A DNA stretch of 63,304 bases, counting the filler. It is 12 parts of 12 records of this genome, joined end to end, with 100 filler letters (N's around TTAATTAATTAA, not from the genome) between each part and the next. Parts side by side here need not be neighbours in the genome. Positions count along the whole stretch, not along the records: positions 10,966 to 14,595 come from SRR7504441_10715; positions 14,696 to 20,209 come from SRR7504441_10736; positions 20,310 to 27,512 come from SRR7504441_10747; 9 more parts are not named here. One strand, written 5' to 3'. The notes beneath the pieces are model-generated. The model did not search any database. It had not been told where the DNA came from and worked only from the letters and a program-made list of their open reading frames with translations. Both the position numbers and the translations under genes were made by a program. This document shows, piece by piece, positions 11,126 through 23,396 of the stretch; position 1 is the first letter of the stretch; every line of letters begins with the position of its first letter.

Positions 11126-14079
11126 GCTCCTGGTTGCACTGGCTGCTGGAATGCAGTGTTCACTGCCGTCTGTGCAGCTTGCTGCTGCGCTTGAATGGCG
11201 GCCTGCTGGTCAGCCAGTTGCTTCTGGTAGGCATCCTGCTGGGCTTGATACTGGGCCTGGGCCGCCTCTTGCTGCCTCTGGTACTCGGCTTGCTGAGCAG
11301 CCACCTGAGCTGCCTGTGCGGCCTGCTGTGTGGCCGCATTCATCGCGTCCAGAGTGCAGTTAGGGTCGTACGGCCAGGCCGGTGCCTGGAATTGCGCCTG
11401 CGATGTCTGTGGCAACGCGCAGAAGATCCTGTGCTGCAGCTCCTGCTCTGTTGGATCGGCGCTGGGCACCAGGTATCTCATTGCCTCGTCCAATTGTCCC
11501 ACACTCACGAGCATCTCAGCATACTTTGAAAAGTACTGGGCAGCCTGATCAGGTGGCGGGCATTGTTTGTCTTTGGCCTGCAGGAACACCATGGTCCGCT
11601 CGACTAAGCTCTGGACGGCCGGGGTGGACTCGTCCGTTGAGCTCGTCTGGAGAGTTTGTATCCAGTAGCTCACGACTTTCTCGATGTTGCCACAGCACAT
11701 GTAACACGAGACTGCGGCTTGGCTGAGTCCAAGCCTCTCCATGTGCGCAGCCAGCTCGTTGCAGAGTGAGTTGAACTCCTCCCCTTGCACATACACCACC
11801 AGCAGAGCGAGCACCTGCTCACACTCGTCACTCTACAATTCGACCAAAGATCTAGCCCAGGCTCCTGACAATCCGCAAGCTCTACATGGCCAGCACAGTC
11901 ACCTCCATCCAGCTGTCACAGGTAGTCCCCCGGATGATGGCGGCGTAGTCCCGATCCACTACAGCCGAGGCGATGGACAAGTAAGGCTTCTGCTGGTGAG
12001 CCTCTAAGTACCTCCTTATTGTCCTGTTGAACAGGTCCGAACCTTGGCCATCGATGGACGCAATTACCAAAGCATCAGCGTGATTCCCCATAGCAAAGCA
12101 GGCCTCCACAGCTGCGTCCATATCGGAAGCGATCAGCGCTCGAGTCACAATCTCATCACTGCCCTGTAGCATCGCCACAGCAGGGAGGTTTAGCACCCTA
12201 TTGGCTGCAGGCGCAGACGCCTGCTGTGGCTGGACTGCCGCCACCGGCTCCACTGGCTGTGGCTCAGCCGACAGCCCTGCCGCAAAGTCTGCTGTCTGTT
12301 GCTCTAGCACAGCGCCAAAAGCTGACTCTCCAGCCCCAAACATGTCAGGTTGATCGGATCCACCCGGGAAACCCTCCGCTGCTGGTGCCACCGGTGGTTC
12401 CGCCGCCGGAGTGGGCTCGGCCAGCGAGGCCTCGAACGCCGAATCGAGCGGGTCTGGCTGTGGCGCAGTCTCCTCGACCGGCTGGGCTGGGGGCGGGGCG
12501 GCAGCCTGTGCCAGCTGCGGGATGGCGGAACTGTCAAATTTGAGATGCTGCAGCAGCCGCCTGCGCGGCTCCTGCTCGAGAAGCACCCGCAGAAACGACC
12601 AGGCGTCCAGCTCCTCGGGAGAGCACGAAGGGTTGGTTGCTCGCTCCGCACAGTAAGACGGCAGCTGGTTCACCTAAACCCAGCTGTCGGCCGGTGGCTG
12701 AGCGAGCAGGTTGCCTGGACAGCCTGCTGCAGCTTGGAGAAACGGGTGTACAGCGCCTCGTCGTCCACCACCTGCGCCGGATCAGCCGACTGGAAGCCGG
12801 CGAACCACCTTTGAGAGCGTGGTCTTGGAAAGTCGCTTCTCCCCGCATCGATTGAACCCAACCAGTCGGCCACCAAAGCCAAACGTGGCCCCGCACGGGC
12901 GCTGCAGCCACTTGGGCGGTGGCGCGCCCGGTCCTTCCTGTGCTCCCACGCCGAGGTCTGCTATCCCTCCTGAAGTCGCTCGATCCACTTGTCCTGTCAT
13001 CTGGTGAATCGCGAGCTGGCCGTCGAAGGAGCAGCAGCTGAACATGGCCGGATGCTTCCTGGACCACTGGACGTCGTAAATGTCCTGGTTGGCTGTGGCC
13101 ACAGTGCACAGATACTCCCCCGTTCCGGGGTTCCACAGGTTGCAGTTGCGGTCTTTGGATGCTGTGAGCAGCATCGATTCGTCGGCAGCACACCAAGAAC
13201 TAGAAGTTACACCGGCACTGTGCCCCTTGAGCTCCCGGAGCGGCGAGCGCGCGTTGCGTAGATCCCAGACCTGTCGGTCTGATGAGCGCTTGGGATCGCG
13301 GGGCAGGCACCTGGACCACTGGGTAGTCGTCAGAGGACGAGGCCACGACAAGAGTCATCTGATCAATCGGCGACCAGGAGACGCTCGACGGGCACATCCG
13401 ACGCGCTGGATCGGCGAAGGTGACCACCGAACGCTTTTGCTTCAGGTCCCAGACCACGCAAGAGCCACTGGCTGAGGCTGAGGCTAGAACATATTCCACC
13501 TGTACAGAGTCCTCAGAGGCCTGGCACGGCCGGCACCTTGCGATTCCACGCGACACAGGTGATGTCCCCGACCGACTTTCCGGAGCTAGCCCCGGGGCTA
13601 AACACCCGCGGACTCGCTGTGTTGGCAAAATCCCAAATGTAAGTAGCGCTGTCGCCCGCGCCCGAGGCTAGGAGATTCGGCAGCGAGGGGTTCCACTCCA
13701 GCGCGTAGAGGGGGCCGTCGTGCTGCTTCTTGCTCGAGAGGAGCGAGCTCGAGCCCCCGGAAGCCACGGCGTGAGCGTCCCACAAATTGAGTGAACCATC
13801 GGCCAGCCCGCCCGCCACGATGCCCCAGGGGTGGGCCCCATCCGAGCCCAGCGAGCCCCAGGCGACGCTGTAGAACTTTTCTACCGACTCGGCCGTTCCG
13901 AGGGGCTTCACTTCGGCAGCTGAATCGAACAGAGCCACATCGAGGATCTCGAACGTGCCGGTCACGCCAAACGATGAGTCGACCGAGCCTGCGACGGTCC
14001 CCGAGGCCAGGAGCGAGCTTGTCTGGTTTGTAGGGCCCCATGCCACAGAAGCAGAGCGGGCGGCACCCTTCAACCGCAT
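10966..14079 (-). CDS. SEC31: COPII outer coat protein SEC31 (3' end cut at contig edge)
   Basis: MRLK..ARSASVAW, LLASGTVAGSVDSSF, WD40 repeats (LLASGA..YIWD, VVWDLKQKR, VWDLRNARSP), PPKWLQRPCGATFGFGGRL, ACE1 region (ADALVIA, CYMCCGN), then a P/Q-rich region. Confidence 0.93.
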
Positions 14080-14695
14080 CGCCGCTGGAGGCGCTGTCAG
14101 GCGCCCTCGGACCTCGCTCGCGGCTTCCCCCACGCGAGCCGGTGGCAACGACCTCGGATATCGAGAGAGTCGAGAGAGCAGTCAAGCATACAAGCACTCG
14201 AGCGGGGGAGCGGCACTCGCGCACTCGCTTTCTACACCCGAGTAGATCTACAAGTAGAACAAGTGGGACGAGGCATCGCGCGGATAGTGGAGCCACTTGC
14301 TGCCGGGGAATGACACTTAGCAGCACGGTGCCAGTAAGATCCTCAAAGCTGGAGCCCCCGGAGCCCTCGTACATAAGCTTAGTGTAATTAGAGCCCTCCG
14401 CATCAATATCACTGATCTGATCGCAATCTCGCGGCGTCGAGTCGGTTTCATCTATAGTTCCATCACTACTGCGACTCGGCTGATGAGTTTTCACGACACG
14501 ATGATGGTCACTGCTGATCCATCGGGTTGCGGGCCCTGTAGTACACGACAAGTCGCAAGAACTCTGTGTGTTTTGCATTTTTGCGCCCCCCCCCCNNNNN
14601 NNNNNNNNNNNNNNNNNNNNNNNNNNNNNNNNNNNNNNNTTAATTAATTAANNNNNNNNNNNNNNNNNNNNNNNNNNNNNNNNNNNNNNNNNNNN

Positions 14696-17600
14696 GCGCA
14701 TCAGCCAGCACCCCAGCGCAGTGCATCATGCTGCCACTCATGCTACTGTCCGACCTTGCCGAGGCTGCTACGTCGCGCTGCTCAATCCGTGCGCTGCAAT
14801 CATGCGATTCAGCTAAGAAGTCTGCCCAGCTTCTCTCAGACCCTCGGTTGATCTGGGCTCTACGGGATAGCAGCGTGAGCTGGTCGGATTTGTGCACAAG
14901 TAGCCACCTGGCAACTACGAGTCCGACCCCTCCTGTGCCGCCAGTGAGGCTCTCGTTTCGATTTGACATCGCGATTGCGCTGTTTAAGATTGAGTTGGAG
15001 AGCTGATGTAGTTGAAGGGAGTGCATGCGACCGTTGCGCACATCCAGCTCTGCGACGGGTACTCGGGCAGGCAGCACTGCAAGCGATGCATAGTCTGCTA
15101 CAGTTGAGTCCACGTCAGCGCATACACACTGATGCCAGCGCTCAGCCTTGGCCACTTTAGTCAATCCCGAAATTCCCATGTGTGGACTTGATCCGAGCCA
15201 ACCAGCGTGGCGGATACCAAAGAAACGGACTTGGCACGACCCCCCAACACTAATAAGCCGCTGGAGCAGCATAATCACAGATCCAGTGACCACAGCAGGG
15301 CTGTCTAACTGCTTCATGTTCAGCACAAGCTTGCGAAATTGAGTATTATGCACTACTGTCATGAGTTCTTGAAGGCTGCTAACACGCATCGCGGCGATGC
15401 TTTCCAGGCTTATTCCTTTGTTACTGTCCCAAAGCTGAAGCACACACTTACGACATACTTCTCTTGATGCAGTAGAGAATTCTTCGTTGAAGTCGGGCCT
15501 CGAAAGGCTCCATTTTGTGCAGTAAAGGTGCCTTTCCACGCGTTTTTTCTCGAGCAAGAAAGTAGAAAACAGAGCTGGCAAGCGAATTTCTCCTCCGTGA
15601 AGCCGCCACGTGCCACAGTCCACTGCAGTCTCTTCTTCAAAAGTCCAAGCCCTCTTCCCTGTTTGTAGAACCAGGGGAATGTGACACTGTAGCACTGGCT
15701 GTCTTGCCGCCCCGGTGAAACCAAACCAACATCGTCCTGAGGGTACGTTCGTGCATACACCAGCAGATGCAACGATTACTGTGGCATTTTGCAGCCATTG
15801 ACGTCTAATTGCTGCCACCGAAGAATCAACGTTCATGATGCAATGCTCTCCGATTCGGTATCGAGTCATGGTCATTCGCAAGAATACTCCTACTGGCTGG
15901 TCAATGAAAACTATTGCCGTAAACTGTGCTGTCACCATCTTTCCCACGTCATTTACCATACACCTAGAACGCATCTGGTCTGCTAGACAGAAAAATCCAG
16001 CGCAAGGGACCACCGGAACACACCCAGCCCGATGGTGAGCAAGATACCTACAGCATAAGTCCGTCAAGGGTCGCTCCCATGACCTTGAGCCTCCATCTCC
16101 AGATAGCACCGGTGGCAACGAGCTCTGATGGGACATTTTCCAGCTAAATGTTGATTGACAGTAACAAGTCCTAGGAATACTAAGCAGGAGAGAGTTTGTA
16201 CTCTCCGAGCTTTTCCGAGAAGCTGTAGAAAATTGGTGGGCAGTCAGTATTGCGTGAGCATTAGTCCCAGTGTATCCAAAAGAACTTATTCCACCGTGTG
16301 TGTGACCTTGTTGGTGACACTGCAGCAGACTGAGCTGAGCCAGTGGCGTCTGGCCTTCTTCCAGTTCGATTGCACAGTTCAGACATTTCAAATGGAGATT
16401 GCCTGTTGCGACAGCCACATCTTGCATCATCAGCATCTTTATAACCCCTATGGCTCCAGCAGCTCCTTCAGCATGACCAAAAGATGTCTTGGCAGCAGTG
16501 AGCTTCGGGCCATAGGCACCCCGCCAACATTTGCTGCTTACTCGGCTGATGGCTCCCATCTCAATTGAATCGCCAAGTGCAGTGCCTGTACCGTGCACTT
16601 CGAGCGCATTGCAAGACTGGTCACACAAACTAGCCCATGCTAATTCTAGGAGTTGCGCCTGGGCAATACCACTGGGTGCCATGAAACTCGCACTTCGGCC
16701 ATCTTGGTTGACAACTGTGTTTTCGATAGAAACAACAGCGCTCACATCATGAAGGCGGCATTGCATGAATAGTGTGGCGCAGGCTTCCGACCGACCAAAG
16801 CCATCCGCACATGCATCAAAAGTCTTACATTCGCCATTAGGTGATAGGCCACCCAAGGCCGACAAGGCGAAAAAGTAGGTTGCATGCAGATTCAAACTCA
16901 CACCTCCAACTAATGCCGCCATACAGCGCTGCCTTTTCAAGTGTTCACAGCCAGAGTGCAGCGCCACAGTTGTGGCAGAGCAGGCAGTGTTAATCGACAA
17001 ACAGGGCCCTCGTAGTCCCAACACGAACGAGACCCGACCTGCAGCTGCGGCAGAATCGAACCCATGGGCTGAGAAAACCGAAAGTGTTTTGCCTTGCTGC
17101 TGAAGAGCCCAATCGTTTACGTTGGCAAATCCGACAAAGACTCCAAGGTGATTGTGCTGCAAATTTTCTCGAGTGTGATACGCAGATGTCGCAGCTGCAA
17201 ACATGGACTCGAGTAAAACTCTGTGGTTGGGATCCATATACCCTGCTTCAGACGCACTGATCTCAAAAAAATTGGCATCAAAGAGTTCAATGCCCCGCAG
17301 GAAGTGTGCGCGAGATACAGGAAAAGTCGTCTCCAGCATATCGCCTTCAAATCTCCACCAATGGGACGTAATCTCATCAGCTGTTCCATGGCCTTGAGAG
17401 CAAGACCGGAAAATTCCTTCTGATGTGGTGCAATCTAGACCTGGAGCTAGAGCTGCTCTGGCCATCATGCAGACCTGAGCTTCTGCAGAACTCCCCCCCT
17501 CACATGGGCCAGGAGCCGGTTGAGGGGACAAGGATGTACACTCTTGTATGTAACGTATCATTTCATTGACTGTTGGGTAGTCAAATAGCAATGTCTGTGG

Positions 17601-20209
17601 TAAAAGGGTCTTAAAACGAGTCTGGAGCGTGCTTTGCAGAGCTTGTGCTGCCTTAGAAGTAAGTCCATGGGCAACAAGAGGAGAATCGAGCAGAGGCTCA
17701 CTTCCCACCAGCTCTCTGATGGTGTCTACCATAATCTCTGCCGCATGCCTGTCTACCTCGACGCGATGCGCGCCAGCATACACCTGCAAGCACTCTACAG
17801 TGTCCTGTAGAGATGATGGACAGTTCACTGGAATAGGCTGGCGAATGGCTAATGCGCACTCGTAAACACATTCACGGAGGACGAGGTGGATGTTATCCCC
17901 AGAAAGTGCGTGGCAATTGATCCCAGCCATCACACTTCTACCATCAGTCCTCTCGAGCCTGACTGGTCGGTTGATTGGCAGGAGAGCAGTTCGAGTGAAC
18001 TTCAATGTGCGCACCAGGTCTCGCACACAAGTCTGTGGTGGCACAGTTGCGTGGCAGAGGGCCAAACTAGTGCTGACAGCACTCAGCAGTCCAGATGCAT
18101 TTTCAGTGTGTCCAAAGCTTGCCTTGTGTCCAGTAAGCAGCAGCAGGTTTGAGCGCTCCTCGCACTCAAGGGCTTGCAATACCTGGTACAGGCACAGGCG
18201 TTAGAGCCATACTTACAATTATACTTATCATTCTATTCAACGCAGCCGGGAATCATAACAGGTTACTCACAGCTCGAAGTTCAGGAGTGTCAGCTGCGGG
18301 ATTTCCTGTTGAGTGAAGGTGTAAAAATGTCGCATCACGAGGTGACGAGAAGGCTTGCTTGATGACTGAACTCATAGCGAGTTCGTCGGGCACGCCTAAC
18401 GCCCCCCGGGCATTCGAACGATTCTTTACCCAAGTGACTACTTCAGCACAACCCTTATCTCTTTCATCTGATGACAACAGCATTGCAATTGCGCACCCCC
18501 CTTCACTGATGATTGCACCATTTGCTGCAGCATCAAGTGGAGGAAGACAACTGTCTGGTGCGAGGATCCGAGATTGAAGCAACTTGACATGGGCATTCGC
18601 TTTCAGGCTTAGCGCCACCCCGACTACAATGCAGCCAAGTGCAGTGCTCTCATTCGATAACATTTCTGCAGCTGAGCAAATGCTCATGTACGCTGAAGCA
18701 CAAGACACATCGAAATTCTGATGGGTCCCGGTCAACTCTAGCAGGTTGGCGAGGACCCAGGACACTTTCCAGGGTTCCACAGGTTGGACCATCCTCTCAC
18801 ACTCAAGAGCTGAAAATAATCCCCATTGCGCTTTATCCATTCCAGCGTCTTCCAGACATTCGAATGCAAGGTTACCTGCCAGGCAAAAATGGCAGTCTAG
18901 TGCATTCTCCATGTTCTCAGGCAAGCGGCCGAGCAGCGCTGGCAGGAGCCGCTCATTGACGTCAACAAAACTGCCTGGAAGAGACCTGCGGAGTTGAGCG
19001 GCTTTGCATGCTTCAACCCAACGTCGTGGAGGCTTTTGCTCCAAAAAGCGCTTCCCTTGAAGTAGCGAAGACCAGACTGCAGCAGGCGTTGAAATAGAGC
19101 TGGGTAATCGGCAGGCCGTTCCTGCAATTTTGATGTGCTTAACTCGAATTTCGTCCTGTACGATCTGTGGTGGTCGTGTCTCCTCTCGAATCATCGATTC
19201 GATGTAGGCAGTCAAGGTTTCAATATTGGTATTCTCGTACGTAGCGTTGTTTGGTACCACTATGTCAAGTTTGAAGCTGAGTTGCTCCACTAGATTGAGT
19301 AGGTCAAATGAATCAAAACCAAGATCTGTGAACGAGATCGTCATAGTGTCAGCACTTCCAAACTTCGATGGCACATCCGGTTTAAGCTCCCTGATTAGTT
19401 CAACGATGATGCTCTGTACTCTATTGCCACAAGGGAAATCTAAAGGAGCGGTTTCTGCAAGGCTGTAGACAACCAACACACCAATTCCATCATTTTGTAC
19501 ATCTTCTGGGCGATACTGTGGAACAAGCCCTAGTATGACAGCACCACGAAGGGTGTGAAATCGTATTCCTGGGTCACTAGAACAATGACGTTCCATTACA
19601 GCACTGATGAGTAAGTGATCTCCTGGGGGCTGGAACTCTCGACATCTGGTGACAGCAGCTATGCTCTTTAGGCCACACGTGCCCGCCTGTGCAAATGCAT
19701 GATCTAACAGCAAGCCAGCGGAGCCAGATTGTAGACTTTGATCTACCTGTACTCCCAGCAATTGTAAAGTTTCACCATTGATCTCATGTAAATCGGTGAG
19801 TCGGGCATAGGTCGCGTCCAGAAGGTCTTCGGGTTGTCCAATCCGCTGTGTATACAATGACCCGAGCACTTCGATTTGACGGTTACTCCCCTCAAACATG
19901 ATAAACTGCCAAGAGGGGGCTCTTTGGATCCGCTCTCGCAGGACGTGCCGCCCCTGCCGCATAGGACCAGGCCAGACTTTTTCAAGCCGCTCGAGCTGAG
20001 TCAGAAGATCATCCATGTCGATGTCGAGTTCACGAACAGAGCAGACATGATTTCGGGTAGCGTCTGTGCACTTGTGTTTTGAAAAATGCTCGATGCGCTG
20101 CTTCGCTGGACTACGCCACGAATACCACAACTCAGGCCAACCTGCCGCACCAGTCACCGTGAGCCGGCGGCCAAATTGTACAGTCACCGTGGCAGAAGAG
20201 CACCAGCGG
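14696..20209 (-). CDS. Modular type I polyketide synthase fragment: GNAT-ACP-KS-ACP-KS-DH-like-KR (both ends cut)
   Basis: GNAT (AVTRC...DPGIRFHTLRGA...YRPEDVQNDGIGVLVVY); ACP1 GFDS; KS1 DVSCAS/HSTG/GHTE; ACP2 GLTS..LLFDYPT; KS2 NTACS/EVHGTGT/GHAEGAAG; DH HHRAGCVPVVP; KR TGGTGGVG..HCAGVL. An 88-nt GTGAGT..CTAAC..CAG intron (18183-18270) joins the two ORFs in phase 0. Confidence 0.92.
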
Positions 20210-20518
20210 NNNNNNNNNNNNNNNNNNNNNNNNNNNNNNNNNNNNNNNNNNNNTTAATTAATTAANNNNNNNNNNNNNNNNNNNNNNNNNNNNNNNNNNN
20301 NNNNNNNNNGGGGGGCGCATGTGATCTCGGAGTCGCAACCCTACAATTATTCTTCATTGCGCGAACATTTTCAAGCATTTCCCCATTTCCCCATTCAGGC
20401 CTGCAGTATTGACAAGCAGTGAAGGTGAAGACGCTGGGACTCATCAGCATGGTGATTCCGGACAGAGGCGGGGTTCTCTGAAAGCGTGTCGTAGGCACTG
20501 AGCTGCGAACCGATCAAC

Positions 20519-21372
20519 ATGGCGCCAATCGATGAGATGGAGCTCGATCAGCCTCCAGCCAAGCAGCAGCGCGTCGAGGTCCATCTCCGCCGAGCGCGCC
20601 TGCGTCCGAACCGGGCCCGCAGGATGCCGTCGATGTCCACAACGTGCCGTCGATGATCGATTCAAAGGCGGTCGAGTTTGAGAAGATCTGCCAGGGTGCT
20701 GGCTCTCGTACCGCCGACTGACTGAGCCGGCGGGAGCAAGACTTGTTGGATCGGCGCGAGCAGCTCCAGCGCGAGAACGATAAGGACTCCAACGAGTTGC
20801 AAAAGTACGGCGCGCACGCCTCAGGCATTCAATGTCTGCAGGTTGACGGCAGAATACGCGAGAATCGGCCCACGTGTCGAGCAGCTCAAGTCAGGCATCG
20901 ACGAGCGGCAAGCCCACCTGGCACAAGTGAACGGCGTGATCGAAATTGCGCACCAAGGAGTAGCAGCGGTAGTCAGCTCGGGTGAACAGCGTAACAGCTA
21001 CCCCTATCTCAGGTGAATCAGGCCGCGGATGTGCTTCTGAATACGGCACGGGACTCTGGCGAAGAGCTGCAAACCAAGCATGCATACGTGCGCGACCGGT
21101 GATCAGAGCTGCCGCCTGCACCCTGGAAACATGCTGTGTCTGCAGAACCCCGCAATGCGCCTGATTGCACCTGAAAGCTTGTCCTTCTGGCAACACCATC
21201 CGTCGTTTCCTCACTATAGCCGATTCTTGACCCTGCAGCGTCGCAGAGAGAATTTCTCCATCCAGCTGCCGCGATACCGCGATAGCAGCAGAAAGCCACT
21301 ATACTTTCACATCATCTTCGGGCCCGCCTTCCATTTACAGCGGAGACTCGACTGCTCAGAGAAACCTGATTG
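20519..21372 (+). CDS. Hypothetical coiled-coil protein (spliced; 3' end uncertain)
   Basis: MAPIDEMELDQPPAKQQRVE|DAVDV...EQDLLDRREQLQRE...RVEQLKSGIDERQ, separated by ~40-nt GT-AG introns. No family recognised. Confidence 0.35.
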
Positions 21373-21667
21373 AGGCTGGGCTTGCCGTGGCCGGCAATTC
21401 CGCAATCCGTACACATTTGCACAAGCAATAACTCAGCATGCGCACGCTTCGATCCGTACCGTTGCTCTAGCTCGAACCGTGATGCGAACTCTATCGAGCT
21501 CTAAAGCTTTAGCTTCGAGCCATGGCTGGTCTCAATAATAAACTCAATCGTGATGTCAGCTTAATTAGACGCGTGCTATGCTCGTATAAAGAGATTACAC
21601 GTGCGAGCGCGCAAGTGATCAATGTGTGTAATTAACCAAACCGGGAGTCTGAATATAATCGTCACAG

Positions 21668-23292
21668 CTAAAGCCTCCATTGCGCTTTCTGTGCTATCAC
21701 GGCCTGGCACCTCTGCTGCAGCCCCTTGGCAGTGGGTCGAGCGCGTACATTTTCAGCAAAGCAAGGCGCCAATGCCTCTTTCCAGCCAGGCAGTGGTCGC
21801 AAGAGCTTCTCTGCGCCAGGCCAGCACGAGCCACCTTGCCAAACCATTTCTGGGCTCTCGCACAGCGCTGTCTCGAGCGCATTATTGTCCAGCTGGGCCA
21901 GTGCCTCCACCCCACTCCAGAGCTCAAGCAGGGTGATCCCACACGCCCATATGTCTGCTGGCTCACTGTATTCCTCCCCTCGGAGCATCTCCGGGGACAT
22001 GTACTGCACCGTACCAGGGGCCGAGCTGTCACTGCCCGCCATGCAAGCAAACCCGAGATCGGTGAGCACTGCCTTCACCACCGTGGCTTCATGCGGCGGG
22101 CCCGGGCTCAGCTGTAGCAGCAAATTGGCCGGCTTGATATCCCTGTGCAAGACTCTCAGCCGATGCATTGCCGCAATCGCATCGACCAGCCCAGCCGCCG
22201 CCGTGCAACGGTCGGCATGCCACCGCTGCCTGGCCGAATTGCCGCCGGGTACTGCCTTGGCTAGGGTTTTCTGCCACCATTCTGCCAGCCACGCCTCCAG
22301 GCTGGTAGAGTAGCAATCCATCACGAGCGCGTAGTGGTGCACCGAAGTCTTGAACGAGCCGTGAAACCCCACAATCGAGTGCGCCCTGCGGAAGACCTCG
22401 AGCATGCATATCTCGAGCAAAATCTCCGACTCGGACGAGCCTGGGCCATCCTGGAGCATCTTGAGCACGACAGGCCGCCCGTCCGACACGCGCTCCGCTT
22501 TGAATATCCGGCCGAAACTGCCGTCCCTGGCGCTTTTCAGGGTCTGGGACGTGGTGTAGTCGCGCTCAGTTGCCTTGATCTGCGGCTGACCTGCCGCCGC
22601 CAGCCTATTCAGGCGCGCAGGCCGGGGGAGCGCGCACCAGGGTGCAGTCCGCCGGTCCGTGTTCGCACCCAAGCTTGAACGTTCTTGGACGAGGCGCGCG
22701 AGGTGGGCGAGAAGCCTCGCCCGAGGTGCTCGCGCTTCGGACTCCGCGGCGACCGCGGCGACCGCGGGTTGGCCTGCCAGTTAGCCGGGTCGCGGTCGAC
22801 CGGTTTGGCTGCTGGTTTGGCTGCCGGCTTGGCTATCGGCTTGACTGCTGGCTTGGCGGCCGGCACGGCAGCCGAAAGCACCGGCGAGATCAGGTGTTTG
22901 GGCTGCGCCCGGTGCGGCGCGGTGCTGTTCTGGGTGGTGCTGGTGCAGACGGCCAGCTGACCCATCTTGTGACGCACCTTGGTCAAGATCTGCTTGTTCA
23001 GGCTGCCTTTGGTCGGCCGGACTGGCTTGGCGGCTGGCCGGGTCCTATCGCCGTCCCAGGCTGCCAGCCAGCCCTCGGCCTTGGAGGCGCGGGCGGTGGC
23101 CGGTCTGCGGGTGGGCGAGGTGCTGACTGTCTTGGGCCGCACAGCGCCGTATTTGCTCCGAACTGCAGGCCGGCCGGCGGACGGAGTGGCTGGTTTGGCG
23201 GGGGCAGCCGGTTTGGAGCACCATACCTCCGCCCGACGCTTTGCCTCGGCCTCCCGCTCCTTTTTCCTCTGGAACCCGGCACCAAAGGGCAT
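21668..23292 (-). CDS. Ser/Thr protein kinase with basic Pro/Ala/Lys-rich N-terminal extension
   Basis: DGSFGRIFKA, VVLKML, HRDIKPANLLL, DLG, GTVQYMSPE, DIWACG, RPTA. The N-terminal exon 23292-~22670 is joined by an inferred intron. Confidence 0.85.
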
Positions 23293-23396
23293 CAGCGGCC
23301 TGATCTCCTTGGCAACTCAGAAGAGTGCCGTTGTGATCCGGAGTGATGTTGCCGTGAAGTCAGTTGGGTTGGGGTATTTTCGCGCGGGACTTGGGG

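Noticed and set aside
14150-14595. Minus-strand ORF upstream of SEC31 (13598-14578)
   Set aside because: It runs out of frame into SEC31 and shows no recognisable domain; at most the tail of a truncated neighbouring gene.
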